NCBI GenBank assembly: GCA_024276115.1
Contig: JAJRXV010000276.1
Location: 1 to 45,435, forward strand
Direction of reading: 5' to 3'
Length of the DNA stretch: 45,435 nt
DNA from: Deltaproteobacteria bacterium
GTDB taxonomy: Bacteria > Desulfobacterota > JAJRXV01
Shown here: positions 20,203 through 30,046 of the stretch, one piece after another
Layout of the letters: every line of letters starts with the position of its first letter
Numbering within the stretch: position 1 is the stretch's first letter
The notes under the pieces: generated by a model
The model's database searches: none
The model's input: the letters and a program-made list of their open reading frames with translations, nothing else
What the model was told of the DNA's origin: nothing
Position numbers and translations under genes: made by a program

Positions 20203-20354
20203 TGTCATTCGTCATTCCCGAAGGTTGCCACAACGTCATTCCCGAGGTAGTAATCGGGAACCTAGGACTAAACTCTAAGCAAAGCGAATAAACTTTGTTT
20301 AAGTTTAATGTGATGTTTGGGGCTGGATCCCCAATAGAAGCCTTTTGGGATGAC
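20203..20354. repeat. REP/RPE-like palindromic element
   Basis: Three GTCATTC(CCGA) starts; GTCATTCCCGA..TCGGGAACC ... GGATCCCCAA..TTGGGATGAC inverted architecture. Confidence 0.65.
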
Positions 20355-20445
20355 ATTTTAAATAACGCGTGGTAATAATAAGTCCATGCGTTTTTCACTT
20401 GAATTTTATGATATTATTAGTTTACTCGTAAGGGGAGGATAGAAC

Positions 20446-23082
20446 ATGTTTGAAAAAATGAAAATGGGAAACAAACTTATAGGAGCTTTTATAATAATAA
20501 TTATAATAACAGCTATTGTAGGTTATGAGGGCTATCGTGGTCTGAATAAAGTGGGGGAGGGTTTTCAGCAAGTAGTGGACGCTTCTTCAGTAGTCAACGC
20601 GGCAATGGACATGAAGTTAGCTGTAACTGCTGATATGCAGATGATAATGGAGATTCTTGCCGCAGGTGACAAAGAAGAGCTTGACGCTGTATGGCAGGAG
20701 CATCAAAGTAACGTGGCGTATTTTGATAAACACACTGACGCTATTTTGAACGGCGCCAACACTGATGGTGGGGTGATATACGCAAGCAAATCAGATAAAC
20801 TGAGGGCTATGGTCAATGACGCTGACGCTTTTCACAACAATAAGTTTCAGCCAAACATTGAGAAACTAAGGGACTTGGCCGCTTCACACTTCATTACGGA
20901 AAAAGAAGTAGTTAGTAGTAGGGCTGATTTTATTACAGCGTACAATCATGTTATTACTCAGGCTGAAAAAATTGAAGGTTTGATCAAGGATAGAATTAAC
21001 AAAAAGATTGGAGGCGCTTCTAGCTCCGCGGCCAAAATACTAAGCACTGAAAACACTTGGGCGGATGTATCTATGGAGATAAAAACAACCATTACAAAAA
21101 GTCGAGGAATTATTGGTGACTCTTTGCTGGCGCAAAATATCGCTGAAGTTAGTGACTCGAAAAAAGAGTATGACTTAACAATAGCGGAGTTTGATAATTG
21201 GGTTAACGCTCTGCTTAATGGCGCTGAAACAACAGAAGGTAAAATCGCAAAGGTAACTGACCCAAAAATTAGAGAAATGATTGCTTTGATCAATAAGACG
21301 CATGACGAAGAGTTCCAAGTGAAAGCATCCAGTTTAATGGCTCTAACAAAAAACATGATTGAATCTAAACATGAACTTGGAGAGCTGGATAAAGCGACTG
21401 ATGAAATCGGAATATTAATGATCGGTCAGCTTGGGGAGATTGAAACAATTGCTAAAGGCGAAGCTCTTAACGCGAAAAACGCATCTGATAAGTCTAGCGC
21501 CAGTTCTGACAGGATAATGTTAGCCACGACATTTATTGGTGTTGTTATTGCTCTCTTCCTCGGCATATTCTTCTCAAAAAATATTAGTAAGATCATAAAT
21601 GCTTTGTTAGTAGAGAGTACGAAGCTGTCTGACGCGGTTGAGGCAGGAGATCTAAAAATACGCGCTGATGTTGATAAAATTAACTTTGAGTTCCAGGGCA
21701 TTGTAAAAGGAATGAACAATACTGTGGAAGCGTTTGTCAAACCTATCAAAATGACATCGGATTATGTAGGGCAGATAAGTAAAGGAATCGTCCCCGCGAC
21801 TATAACCGAAGAATACCGGGGTGATTTTAATGAAATCAAGGTAAGTTTGAATACTTGCATAGATGTTATGGGAGGTTTGCTCAACGAGACAAACGGTCTT
21901 ATCACGGCAGCTCAGGAAGGCGAGCTTGACGCGCGTGGTAACTCCCAAAAATTCCAGGGTAGTTGGTGTGAGCTTATTGGCGGTATTAATGAGATGCTTG
22001 ACGCCATTCTTGAACCTATCAGAGAGGCTAAGGTTAGCCTTGAGCACATGGCGGACAGTAATCTAACGAAGGGAGTTTCTGGTAATTATAGAGGCGATCA
22101 CGCGATAATTAAAGATGCTATTAACGCTTCGCTGACTTCTCTTAACGATATCCTTGGACAGGTGTCCATGGGGTCTCAGCAGATAACTGCCGGCGCTCAG
22201 CAGGTGTCTGACTCCAGCCAGTCTCTCTCGCAAGGGGCGACTGAGCAGGCTAGTTCCCTTGAGCAGATAACAACAGCTATGACCGAGCTTGGTTCTCAGA
22301 CCAAGCAGAACGCTGAAAACGCGACGCAGGCAAATCAGCTCTCTAAGCAGGCGCGTGATGTCGCCAATACTGGTAATAAGCGGATGCAGGAGATGACCGG
22401 AGCTATGGAAGAGATTAACTCATCGAGTAAGAGCATCTCCAAGATTATTAAGGTGATAGATGAGATAGCTTTTCAGACAAACCTGCTCGCCTTAAACGCC
22501 GCCGTAGAGGCCGCGCGTGCCGGTAAGCATGGTAAAGGATTTGCTGTTGTCGCCGAAGAGGTACGAAACCTTGCCGCAAGGAGCGCGAAGGCTGCCAAAG
22601 AGACCGCGGACCTGATAGAGGGTTCTGTCAAAAAGGTAGAGACTGGTGGTGAGATAGCTTCAAAAACCGCTGAGGCTCTTGGTGAGATTGTCTCAAGCGT
22701 TACTAAAGTGACTGATCTTGTCGGTGAGATTGCCGCCGCGTCAAACGAGCAGGCGCAAGGTATCACTCAGATCAATCAGGGGTTAGTGCAGATCGATCAG
22801 GTAACTCAACAGAATACCGCGAATGCCGAAGAAAGCGCGTCTGCCGCTGTAGAGCTGTCTGGTCAGGCGTCACAGCTACAAGGGATGTTGCAATCATTTA
22901 AACTTACCGGTGAATCCAATGTAAGAATGCTTGGTGGTGTTGAACGTTCCGCGGGGCAACATTATGAGCCAGAAGCGAAAGCCGCGATTTCGCATCATGA
23001 CGCGGGTATTGACAGAAGGGCCTCCATGGCGAAACCAAGCGATGTGATTGCTCTCGATGATAGCGAGTTCGGGAAGTACTAG
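20446..23082 (+). CDS. MCP with duplicated periplasmic sensor, poly-HAMP and C-terminal pentapeptide
   Basis: [37 protein letters not shown]; C-terminus DSEFGKY (CheR-tether-like). Confidence 0.95.
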   Translation: MFEKMKMGNKLIGAFIIIIIITAIVGYEGYRGLNKVGEGFQQVVDASSVVNAAMDMKLAVTADMQMIMEILAAGDKEELDAVWQEHQSNVAYFDKHTDAILNGANTDGGVIYASKSDKLRAMVNDADAFHNNKFQPNIEKLRDLAASHFITEKEVVSSRADFITAYNHVITQAEKIEGLIKDRINKKIGGASSSAAKILSTENTWADVSMEIKTTITKSRGIIGDSLLAQNIAEVSDSKKEYDLTIAEFDNWVNALLNGAETTEGKIAKVTDPKIREMIALINKTHDEEFQVKASSLMALTKNMIESKHELGELDKATDEIGILMIGQLGEIETIAKGEALNAKNASDKSSASSDRIMLATTFIGVVIALFLGIFFSKNISKIINALLVESTKLSDAVEAGDLKIRADVDKINFEFQGIVKGMNNTVEAFVKPIKMTSDYVGQISKGIVPATITEEYRGDFNEIKVSLNTCIDVMGGLLNETNGLITAAQEGELDARGNSQKFQGSWCELIGGINEMLDAILEPIREAKVSLEHMADSNLTKGVSGNYRGDHAIIKDAINASLTSLNDILGQVSMGSQQITAGAQQVSDSSQSLSQGATEQASSLEQITTAMTELGSQTKQNAENATQANQLSKQARDVANTGNKRMQEMTGAMEEINSSSKSISKIIKVIDEIAFQTNLLALNAAVEAARAGKHGKGFAVVAEEVRNLAARSAKAAKETADLIEGSVKKVETGGEIASKTAEALGEIVSSVTKVTDLVGEIAAASNEQAQGITQINQGLVQIDQVTQQNTANAEESASAAVELSGQASQLQGMLQSFKLTGESNVRMLGGVERSAGQHYEPEAKAAISHHDAGIDRRASMAKPSDVIALDDSEFGKY

Positions 23083-23090
23083 AAAACATT

Positions 23091-23130
23091 AATGCCGGGG
23101 ACTATACGCATACTGTCCCCGGCATTTTTA
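23091..23130 (+). terminator. Intrinsic terminator between mcp and cheR
   Basis: AATGCCGGGGAC / GTCCCCGGCATT stem followed by a T-run. Confidence 0.8.
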
Positions 23131-23189
23131 TTAACCCGGTAACCAATTTACATAACACTCATGCTATTAAAAAAAACTGAGAGTAAACA

Positions 23190-24062
23190 ATGGATATGAC
23201 TTTACCTATGGATATTGCTGATAGCAACTATAAAATGAAACCTATGACTATTACAGAAAAAGAGTTCGTACTTATCAAAACTCTTATTTATGATCGTTTT
23301 GGAATCAATCTGTCGAATAAGAAAAAGTCATTTATTGTGAGCCGACTGCAAAAGCTTTTGAAAAATCATGGGTTCAGGACTTTTCATAGCTATTATGAGA
23401 GTATATTAGCTGACAAGAGCGGGAAAAGTCTTGTTGACCTAGCGGATTTTATTTCAACAAACTATACTTATTTTAATAGAGAAAAAGAGCACTTCAGTTT
23501 TTTTATTGATCGGGCTTTGCCATATATTGTTGAAAGCTTGCAGAAGAACAACCGCAACGATATCAGGATTTGGTGCGCCGGATGCTCAACTGGTGAAGAG
23601 CCATATATGTTGGTGATGTTGCTACTTGAGTTTTTTGCCGAAAAATATCCGCTTTGGGACGCGGGGCTCCTCGCGACTGACATATCATCACAGGTGCTTG
23701 AGACCGCTAAGGCGGGAGTTTATATGAGCGACCAAGTGTCGAGACTGCCTGCTTACTTGAAGCAGAAGTACTTCAGACCTCTTGGCGCTGACCAGTGGGG
23801 GGTAATCGATCAGGTAAAGCGTGAAGTAACTTTTCGTAGCTTTAATCTGATGAACAGATGCTTCCCGTTCAAAAAACCGTTTGATGTAATCTTCTGCAGA
23901 AATGTAATGATATATTTTGATCAAGTCACTCGCGATGCCTTAGTAAGCAGGTTTTACAATAACACTGCACCTGGCGGCTTCTTCTTCATCGGACACTCTG
24001 AGAGCCTACCAAGGGCAACCACTCCATACGGGTATGTTATGCCCGCGCTTTACCAGAAGTGA
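23190..24062 (+). CDS. cheR: Chemotaxis methyltransferase CheR
   Basis: STNYTYFNRE, IWCAGCSTGEEPY, ATDIS, FDVIFCRNVMIYFD, GHSESL. Confidence 0.95.
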   Translation: MDMTLPMDIADSNYKMKPMTITEKEFVLIKTLIYDRFGINLSNKKKSFIVSRLQKLLKNHGFRTFHSYYESILADKSGKSLVDLADFISTNYTYFNREKEHFSFFIDRALPYIVESLQKNNRNDIRIWCAGCSTGEEPYMLVMLLLEFFAEKYPLWDAGLLATDISSQVLETAKAGVYMSDQVSRLPAYLKQKYFRPLGADQWGVIDQVKREVTFRSFNLMNRCFPFKKPFDVIFCRNVMIYFDQVTRDALVSRFYNNTAPGGFFFIGHSESLPRATTPYGYVMPALYQK

Positions 24063-24353
24063 TTTTAATACAAAAAATATGTTGTTAATCTTAATGATTC
24101 TTATCTGTTTCGAGTTTGCTGATAGCAAAAAAAGACCATCATGCCGATCAAATACACCCGAGGTTGCTAGAACCTTGACTTATGCGTACATTTGTTGTAA
24201 ACTTAAATAAATAGAGGACGTGGCATTTTGAAGCGTTATCTACGCTTTGCTGTGTACCCACAGGTGTACTTATCCACACTTACTTAACGATGATACCGAG
24301 GGTCGGCTTCTTCAGCACCTACATAATTAACCACAAATAAGGAGGACTCAAAA

Positions 24354-24728
24354 ATGCGTTTAAGTTTAAAATTATTTGCTTGTATGTTGTTACTTGTTTT
24401 TATTACCAGTTGCTCTTGTAGCAAGAAAAATGTAAAAAATGAGGCAACTATAGAGGGAGACCTGATCAAGAGTGTAAGCATCCGTGAGGCGGACTTTTTA
24501 GGGACAGATTCTCACATGTCTTCTTATGACAGCGTAGACTACCTGGTGAAGGGAATCGACATCAGAGGTGACAAGGCGAAGGTAAAAATGACCTACATGG
24601 TTAAGCCTAAAGCAGACGCGAGCGTAATGGAAGCTGATATCTATAACTTCTGGGAGCGTGAAAATGATAAGTGGGTCCTCGTATATGCCGGTGGCTCAAA
24701 AATGACTATGCTTGATGGCTGGTGGTAA
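24354..24728 (+). CDS. Small lipoprotein, paralog 1
   Basis: AAGGAGG RBS; lipobox-like ITSC; KAKVKM...YNFWERENDKWVL...GWW. Confidence 0.8.
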   Translation: MRLSLKLFACMLLLVFITSCSCSKKNVKNEATIEGDLIKSVSIREADFLGTDSHMSSYDSVDYLVKGIDIRGDKAKVKMTYMVKPKADASVMEADIYNFWERENDKWVLVYAGGSKMTMLDGWW

Positions 24729-24737
24729 ATACAAAAA

Positions 24738-24790
24738 GGTATAAAAGCATCCCCCTCTCCTGCCGTGGAAGAGGGGGATGCTTTTATACC
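24738..24790. terminator. 21-bp perfect hairpin between the lipoprotein paralogs
   Basis: GGTATAAAAGCATCCCCCTCT / AGAGGGGGATGCTTTTATACC. Confidence 0.75.
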
Positions 24791-24834
24791 ACTTCTCCTC
24801 ATCTCAGGTTCGAATTGTGTTTGCTGGGGCAGAT

Positions 24835-25281
24835 ATGCGTCTAAAGCTATTGATCTGTATTGTGTTGGCGGCAAGTCTTTTTGCTTGCTCATACCGGATA
24901 GTGAAAACTACTGATAAAGAGTGGCGGGAAGTGCGCTTGCAAAAACGCGTACTTGAGTTCGATTTAAGCAAAAACAATAGCGATTATGACAAAATGTGGA
25001 GTTTTCGCAGTTCTGGGTTTCAGAAACTATTTACAAAAGAGTCATACTTAGAGTTTTTGCGTGGTCGTAGTTTTGAGTCATCTTATTATCAACGTGATGC
25101 CTCGATCATCTTGATAGAGCTCAACAATACTCGCGCGAAAGTCAAAATGAAGACTGTCACACTCTTTGAAAAATCATCCCCTCCTATAACCACTACTTCG
25201 TATGCTTTTTGGGTGTTCGAAGGTGATGACTGGTATTTACTTGAAAGCGAAAGCGCAACATCATCTCATGCTGGTTGGTGA
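24835..25281 (+). CDS. Small lipoprotein, paralog 2
   Basis: MRLKLLICIVLAASLFAC lipobox; RAKVKM...YAFWVFEGDDWYL...AGW. Confidence 0.8.
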   Translation: MRLKLLICIVLAASLFACSYRIVKTTDKEWREVRLQKRVLEFDLSKNNSDYDKMWSFRSSGFQKLFTKESYLEFLRGRSFESSYYQRDASIILIELNNTRAKVKMKTVTLFEKSSPPITTTSYAFWVFEGDDWYLLESESATSSHAGW

Positions 25282-25376
25282 TATAAAAATGAATGACTAT
25301 GAAGCCATTAATTAAGAATTATAGACAACTTAACACCGTCATATTCCACAGCATTCTACTCTATTTACACACGACT

Positions 25377-25532
25377 AAGACTCCTGAGCGACTCCAAAAA
25401 CGTCGTCCTGAATTTGAGGCGCGCCTCTTATTTCAGGATCTGCTAATCCTAATAAATCCAGGTAGATCCCGAAACTAGTTCGGGACGACGGCAGTAGTTT
25501 TTATACATAAAAGCAGGTCGTGCAGGAGTCTT
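25377..25532. mobile_element. MITE family B, copy 1
   Basis: Terminal inverted repeats AAGACTCCTG/CAGGAGTCTT; flanking direct repeat CGACT (25372-25376, 25533-25537); internal GTCGTCCTGAA..TTCAGGATCT / AGATCCCGAA..TTCGGGACGAC arms; similar to 34324..34477. Confidence 0.8.
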
Positions 25533-25724
25533 CGACTAGGAGTATTGCCGGCAAATCGGTACCGTGTGATTTTTGTCGATCAACTCTTTTTTCTCCTTTA
25601 TCGAAAAAATATATACGCAAGGTTAGCCCCTTTTACTTACCAACACTTACGCACTGTCAATGTAATAGCCGTCGTTTTGGGTGAGGTTCCTAAGTTAAAT
25701 GGAAATTTTTTTGACTTTTGGCAA

Positions 25725-25753
25725 TTGACAAATAGAGAATATGGTATTATATT
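25725..25753 (+). promoter_or_regulatory. sigma70-type promoter
   Basis: TTGACA-N17-TATATT. Confidence 0.65.
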
Positions 25754-25813
25754 AATATATAGATTGAACAAGATATGATTACTATTACACTAAAGATGAA
25801 GGAGGTGAGTAAT

Positions 25814-25876
25814 TTGAAAAGATTTATGATTCCAAGAACTGCGCATTGTGATGAAGGCTGCCGGATTTTGTCCTGA
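25814..25876 (+). CDS. Putative 20-aa leader peptide MKRFMIPRTAHCDEGCRILS
   Basis: AAGGAGGTGA Shine-Dalgarno (25799-25808), TTG start 8 nt after GGAGG, TGA embedded in a terminator stem. Confidence 0.5.
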   Translation: MKRFMIPRTAHCDEGCRILS

Positions 25877-25903
25877 GCAAGACGCAAAACTGCTCATTTT
25901 TTT
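25874..25903 (+). terminator. Terminator/attenuator hairpin
   Basis: TGAGCA-N11-TGCTCA followed by T7. Confidence 0.55.
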
Positions 25904-25937
25904 GTTTTGAATCGTAGTACAATATGAGTAGAAAAAA

Positions 25938-26162
25938 ATGAACATTACAGAAAATACATCTAGGATGCCAAAGATATTGAAAAGTAGCGATATTTCGCGG
26001 CTTTTAGAGGTATCCCCAGACGACATAACCCTTCTTGCCCGCAGAGGCTATTTACGTGGTTTTAAGAGCGGCAGGCAGTGGCGATTTAAGAAAAGGTATA
26101 TTCTTTCGTGGCTTAAGAATCACAGTATGGATGATATTTTGAGTCTGATTAAAGCCAGATAG
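25938..26162 (+). CDS. Excisionase-like (HTH_17/MerR-type) DNA-binding protein
   Basis: ILKSSDISRLLEVSPDDITLLARRGYLRGFKSGRQWRF. Confidence 0.8.
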   Translation: MNITENTSRMPKILKSSDISRLLEVSPDDITLLARRGYLRGFKSGRQWRFKKRYILSWLKNHSMDDILSLIKAR

Positions 26163-26810
26163 TCAAAGCTTTTTACTTACAATCTCTTTTGAGTTATTGA
26201 GCGTCTTTTCAATCTGCTGTTTCGTCAGCCCCGCGCCCAAAAGGACTTTTTTCGCATTGCTCGCGCTCAGCATATCACCGCACGAGTGTGTGTCACTGTT
26301 TAATACCATTGGTATATCATATTTCTTCGCCATTGCGGCTACATAGCCGTTTGTCAGGCTGTGCCCCTTGCGTGAAGTTATCTCAAAATATATTCCGTTT
26401 GCTTTCGCGAGTTCGCATGTCTCATCATCCACCAGCCCCGGATGCGCTAGAATGTCGATATCGGCCTGAACCGCGCATAAATTTGTACCGGTAGCTACCG
26501 GCTCGACGATAGACTCTCCATGAACGATTATCACTTTGGCGCCAAGGTCGCGGATCGCGGTGGCGAGATCTTTTATTGATGACGGTGGCGCGTGAGTGAT
26601 CTCAGCACCCGGGAGAACCGTTATGTTGCCGGATTTAGTAAGCTCTTTGGCGGCTTTGATGATGCGCGGCACCACAAGGTCGTAGTTAGATATATCAACA
26701 TGGTCGGTGATCGCCATAGCTTTGTAGCCGATTACTTCCGCGCGCCTGACGAGTTCAGACGGTATAAGCTCCCCGTCACTAAAAAAAGTGTGCATGTGTA
26801 AATCTATCAT
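26163..26810 (-). CDS. PHP-domain phosphoesterase (histidinol-phosphatase-like)
   Basis: DLHMHTFFSDG, AITDH, GAEITH, ILAHPG, NSDTH. Confidence 0.9.
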   Translation of the reverse strand: MIDLHMHTFFSDGELIPSELVRRAEVIGYKAMAITDHVDISNYDLVVPRIIKAAKELTKSGNITVLPGAEITHAPPSSIKDLATAIRDLGAKVIIVHGESIVEPVATGTNLCAVQADIDILAHPGLVDDETCELAKANGIYFEITSRKGHSLTNGYVAAMAKKYDIPMVLNSDTHSCGDMLSASNAKKVLLGAGLTKQQIEKTLNNSKEIVSKKL

Positions 26811-26857
26811 GAATATCTCCTAAGTTATCCCTATCTTTTCCCATAATTAAAGAAAAT

Positions 26858-28438
26858 TTATAATGTTTCGATCAGAAGGTTGACGAAAAAATTCTTTATA
26901 CCCTCTTTATCTGTTGTGTTGTACTTGTATATTTCATTAATACCGTAGGTTCTTTTGATCTCGGTAAACTCCTCATCGCTCAATGGTGAATCGGTTATCA
27001 GCACCGGTTTTACGATTTTTTTTAAGTTGTTTTTAAAGAAATCGTATGCGTTGATTATATTATTTCTATTTTCACCGTCTTTTTCTGGTATGAGCAGTAG
27101 CACATCGATAATATCCTGAGAGAAGGCGGTCCAAAGCGGTTTGAAGCTGTCAAAGAGTGGCAGAGAGTAAAACATTATGTTCATCCCCTCAGTGAGTTTG
27201 AGTACCCCTAAGATACCAAGAAAGTCCGCACTATTTATGTCAGAAGCGGCAGGCATACTTGCTCTGCTGTTATTCCCCGCATCGTTCTGATCGAAGAAGT
27301 TTTCCTTTTGTAGCGAAAATTCCTTGAGGAGTAGAAACGTTTGGATAACCTTGGTCAGTATGGCATGATCGCCACCGAGCACGAGCACTTTTCCAAAACG
27401 TTTGTTCAAACGGTAGCTTTTTGCTCCCATAAGCCGCTTTTTTATCCTTACGAGGTGGTCAGGTGAAAGCAAGAAGGAAGCGCTTTCCCTTTTTTCGGTA
27501 TGCGGCATCTCCTCTAGCACCCCTTTTTGGAGGAGAACTGAAAGCGTTTTTAGTACCTCAAAGTCACAAAAAGAACAGTTATCGACGATACTTCTGATAT
27601 CACTGTAAAATTCAAGCATTATGAATATTTCTTGAGTGACTGGTTTGACATCTGTCATAGATTTTGGGTCGAGCTTTAGTTTTACGGATGTATCAAAGTC
27701 AGGGAAGTTACCCTTTATCCTTTGCCATTCATCCAGTTGCCGAAGGCCTTCCATCAGAAGGTTATCCGTAGTTTTTGATATTTTGGCGATTCCTTCTATC
27801 TCACCGGGACGGAAATCTATCGGTATGAAGTTGAATCGCCCCTCTCTCCAGGCGAGCAGGCGGTAGAAAGCTTTTTCGCCATAAATCTTATTGATCTTTG
27901 TGTTGATCACGGCGCCGTTTTTGATGTAAATAGTCCCGGTACCTTCTTGGGAAGCGATAATCAGCTTTCCGCTTTTTTTGTTCATACTGAAGACCTGAAG
28001 CAGGTCTACGAGCGATATCTGAGAAAGATGACCTGATGTCTCCTTCTCTATATGAGCCGCGTTGGGCGTTTTCTCGCTATGCTTAAAGTATTTTAGTATT
28101 TTCGACAGCACTTCATCGTAGTTGAACGGTTTAAGGATGAATGTGTCTTTCAGCTTGTTGAACGCTTCGACTGACTGCTGTTCGCGGCTGAAAAAGAGGA
28201 TAGGGATGTCGACCATCCGTGGGTTTGCCTGAAGTATTTCAGCGACTTTGCCACCAGATATAATCTTGAGGTCTACCTCCATCAAAATAAGATCCGGTGG
28301 GTCGTTCAGTATTTTCTGGAGCGCGATAGCGCCGTTTAGCGCGCTGTTAACGACAAAGCCGAGCGGTATCAAGGAGTCCTTGAGCCGGACAATCATCCGT
28401 TGATCCTCATCAGCTATCAGAATGTTTTTCTCTTCCAT
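26858..28438 (-). CDS. Pseudo-receiver + DUF4388 (PatA-N) + degenerate small-GTPase-like protein
   Basis: REC fold with LILMEV at the phosphoacceptor position; SGHLSQISLVDLLQVFSMNKKSG..WREGRF..LLMEGLRQLDEW (DUF4388); C-terminal alpha/beta domain. Confidence 0.75.
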   Translation of the reverse strand: MEEKNILIADEDQRMIVRLKDSLIPLGFVVNSALNGAIALQKILNDPPDLILMEVDLKIISGGKVAEILQANPRMVDIPILFFSREQQSVEAFNKLKDTFILKPFNYDEVLSKILKYFKHSEKTPNAAHIEKETSGHLSQISLVDLLQVFSMNKKSGKLIIASQEGTGTIYIKNGAVINTKINKIYGEKAFYRLLAWREGRFNFIPIDFRPGEIEGIAKISKTTDNLLMEGLRQLDEWQRIKGNFPDFDTSVKLKLDPKSMTDVKPVTQEIFIMLEFYSDIRSIVDNCSFCDFEVLKTLSVLLQKGVLEEMPHTEKRESASFLLSPDHLVRIKKRLMGAKSYRLNKRFGKVLVLGGDHAILTKVIQTFLLLKEFSLQKENFFDQNDAGNNSRASMPAASDINSADFLGILGVLKLTEGMNIMFYSLPLFDSFKPLWTAFSQDIIDVLLLIPEKDGENRNNIINAYDFFKNNLKKIVKPVLITDSPLSDEEFTEIKRTYGINEIYKYNTTDKEGIKNFFVNLLIETL

Positions 28439-30007
28439 TTAGAGTTGCTCCTGAAGAAGATATTGGTTCTGTAACTTAAGTATCAGACTTTCTAAAAACG
28501 CCGAGTCAGAAGTGTGTATCCCTAGAAAATTGCCATTCGATCCCTTTATGGCCAGGAGCCCATAAGCGTACTCCTCATTGAGGTATATTATGAAATAATG
28601 CTCAGGTAAAAAGTTGTCAGAAGCAAAAATGTAAGTAAGGTTAGGAAATGTAAGCACTTTTTCACACTGAGACGTAATCAGAAAGAACCTCGCGCTTGAC
28701 CTCTCGAAGTCAGGCAACTCTTTTAGAACATTAAATATGTTTGCTGGTTCAGGAGTGCCGATATAGAGTATCCCTCTTCGCTCTGAGCTCAACGCTGTTT
28801 CATTCAGCAAAATACTCTCGATCCGTTTGATGATGGTTGGGTGAAACACCGCGTAACGAGTGACCCCCTTTTCATCCTGAATATCAGTGAAAGCTGTCCT
28901 TATATCAGTTAGTTTTCCGGTATCGTTTTCATACGAATAGTTGTTTTCATCTCCGAGCAGATCAGTGAGAATCTCCCAGAAGTTTTTTGACTTGCCTTTT
29001 ACTTTGTCAATAATACTGCCGCGAGCCCCTTTTACACGTGCTGACAGCGAACCAAACAGCTCTCTTTGCGTCTCCCCATCTTTTGGGAACGATACTGAAG
29101 TCATCCTGATCAAGACCGACATGTCAGCAGAATCGCTTTCTACAATCGCCCCGGCGATAAAAGAGTCAAGCTTTCTCAGCGTGATCAAGGAACCGAAATA
29201 ATCGGTTTCAGGTAGCATGATGAAATATTTATTGTCAGCCTCTTCAACAATAAAGTCGGTTTCTCTTATGACCCCATTTGCTTTGTCGAGAAGATTGTTT
29301 ACAAATTTGTCAGCAATTTCTTCAGATAGTGCGCGTTTGATATCATCAAGATTTTCAATGACTAAGTAGATGATGGAGAATGTTTTGCTGTAACGTTTTG
29401 CCCGTTTCAGCTCTATGGAAAAAAACTCGTGGAAATAATTTGCCGCGAGAGTTTTCTTATTATGCAGTCGCAGTGTAGAGTGCTTCGTTTGGGTTGATGT
29501 TTTCGCGTTACTGATCGCTATATCGATAAATTCCATCAACTGTATCGCGACACTCACGTCAGTTTTGGGGAAGCTTTCAAGTATTCGACGGTTTTTGACC
29601 TGCACAATTCCATAAAGTTTACCATTGTAATGGATCGGTAGCAGGAGCGACTTTGTGTTGACCGTCCTGTCTTCATTTATCTCATAAAACGCTTTACTGT
29701 TTACTTTTAGCTCATTCTTTACGTTTTCGCTTATATTCTTCCATTGAGGCGCTTCTTGCTCAGTGATGCCATCTGATTCAAGCATCCTGAATATGTTTTC
29801 GTTTTCTAAAAAGTATATTGCGCCTTTTTTGGCGTGCAGGCTTTTGAGCGTTTCTGTGAGAATTCTCTTATGTAGAACGCGCAGGTTTTTTTCGCTTACG
29901 ATCTTGCAACAAGAGTCAAGCACATATAAGAGCTCGTTCTTTTGAGGGTTTAAGAGCGCCTGTTTAAAAAAGTGATCAGTCTCTTGTGTGTTGTTGGTGA
30001 TTTTCAC
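28439..30007 (-). CDS. GAF + degenerate GGDEF-domain protein
   Basis: GAF-like LLLPIHYNGKLYGIVQVKN; ELKRAKRYSKTFSII; RETD followed by EEADNKYFIMLPET in place of GGDEF. Confidence 0.75.
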   Translation of the reverse strand: MKITNNTQETDHFFKQALLNPQKNELLYVLDSCCKIVSEKNLRVLHKRILTETLKSLHAKKGAIYFLENENIFRMLESDGITEQEAPQWKNISENVKNELKVNSKAFYEINEDRTVNTKSLLLPIHYNGKLYGIVQVKNRRILESFPKTDVSVAIQLMEFIDIAISNAKTSTQTKHSTLRLHNKKTLAANYFHEFFSIELKRAKRYSKTFSIIYLVIENLDDIKRALSEEIADKFVNNLLDKANGVIRETDFIVEEADNKYFIMLPETDYFGSLITLRKLDSFIAGAIVESDSADMSVLIRMTSVSFPKDGETQRELFGSLSARVKGARGSIIDKVKGKSKNFWEILTDLLGDENNYSYENDTGKLTDIRTAFTDIQDEKGVTRYAVFHPTIIKRIESILLNETALSSERRGILYIGTPEPANIFNVLKELPDFERSSARFFLITSQCEKVLTFPNLTYIFASDNFLPEHYFIIYLNEEYAYGLLAIKGSNGNFLGIHTSDSAFLESLILKLQNQYLLQEQL

Positions 30008-30046
30008 GAAATCCGTTCCCGGTTAATAAATGGCGTTATTTTGTTA

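Noticed and set aside
24270-24278. Perfect DnaA box TTATCCACA as an origin
   Set aside because: Single copy, with no box cluster or origin-linked genes.
25874-25927. Leader-peptide TGA plus hairpin as a selenocysteine/SECIS signal
   Set aside because: Read-through stops at 25925-25927 out of frame with the HTH gene, and the hairpin includes the TGA and ends in a T-run like a terminator.
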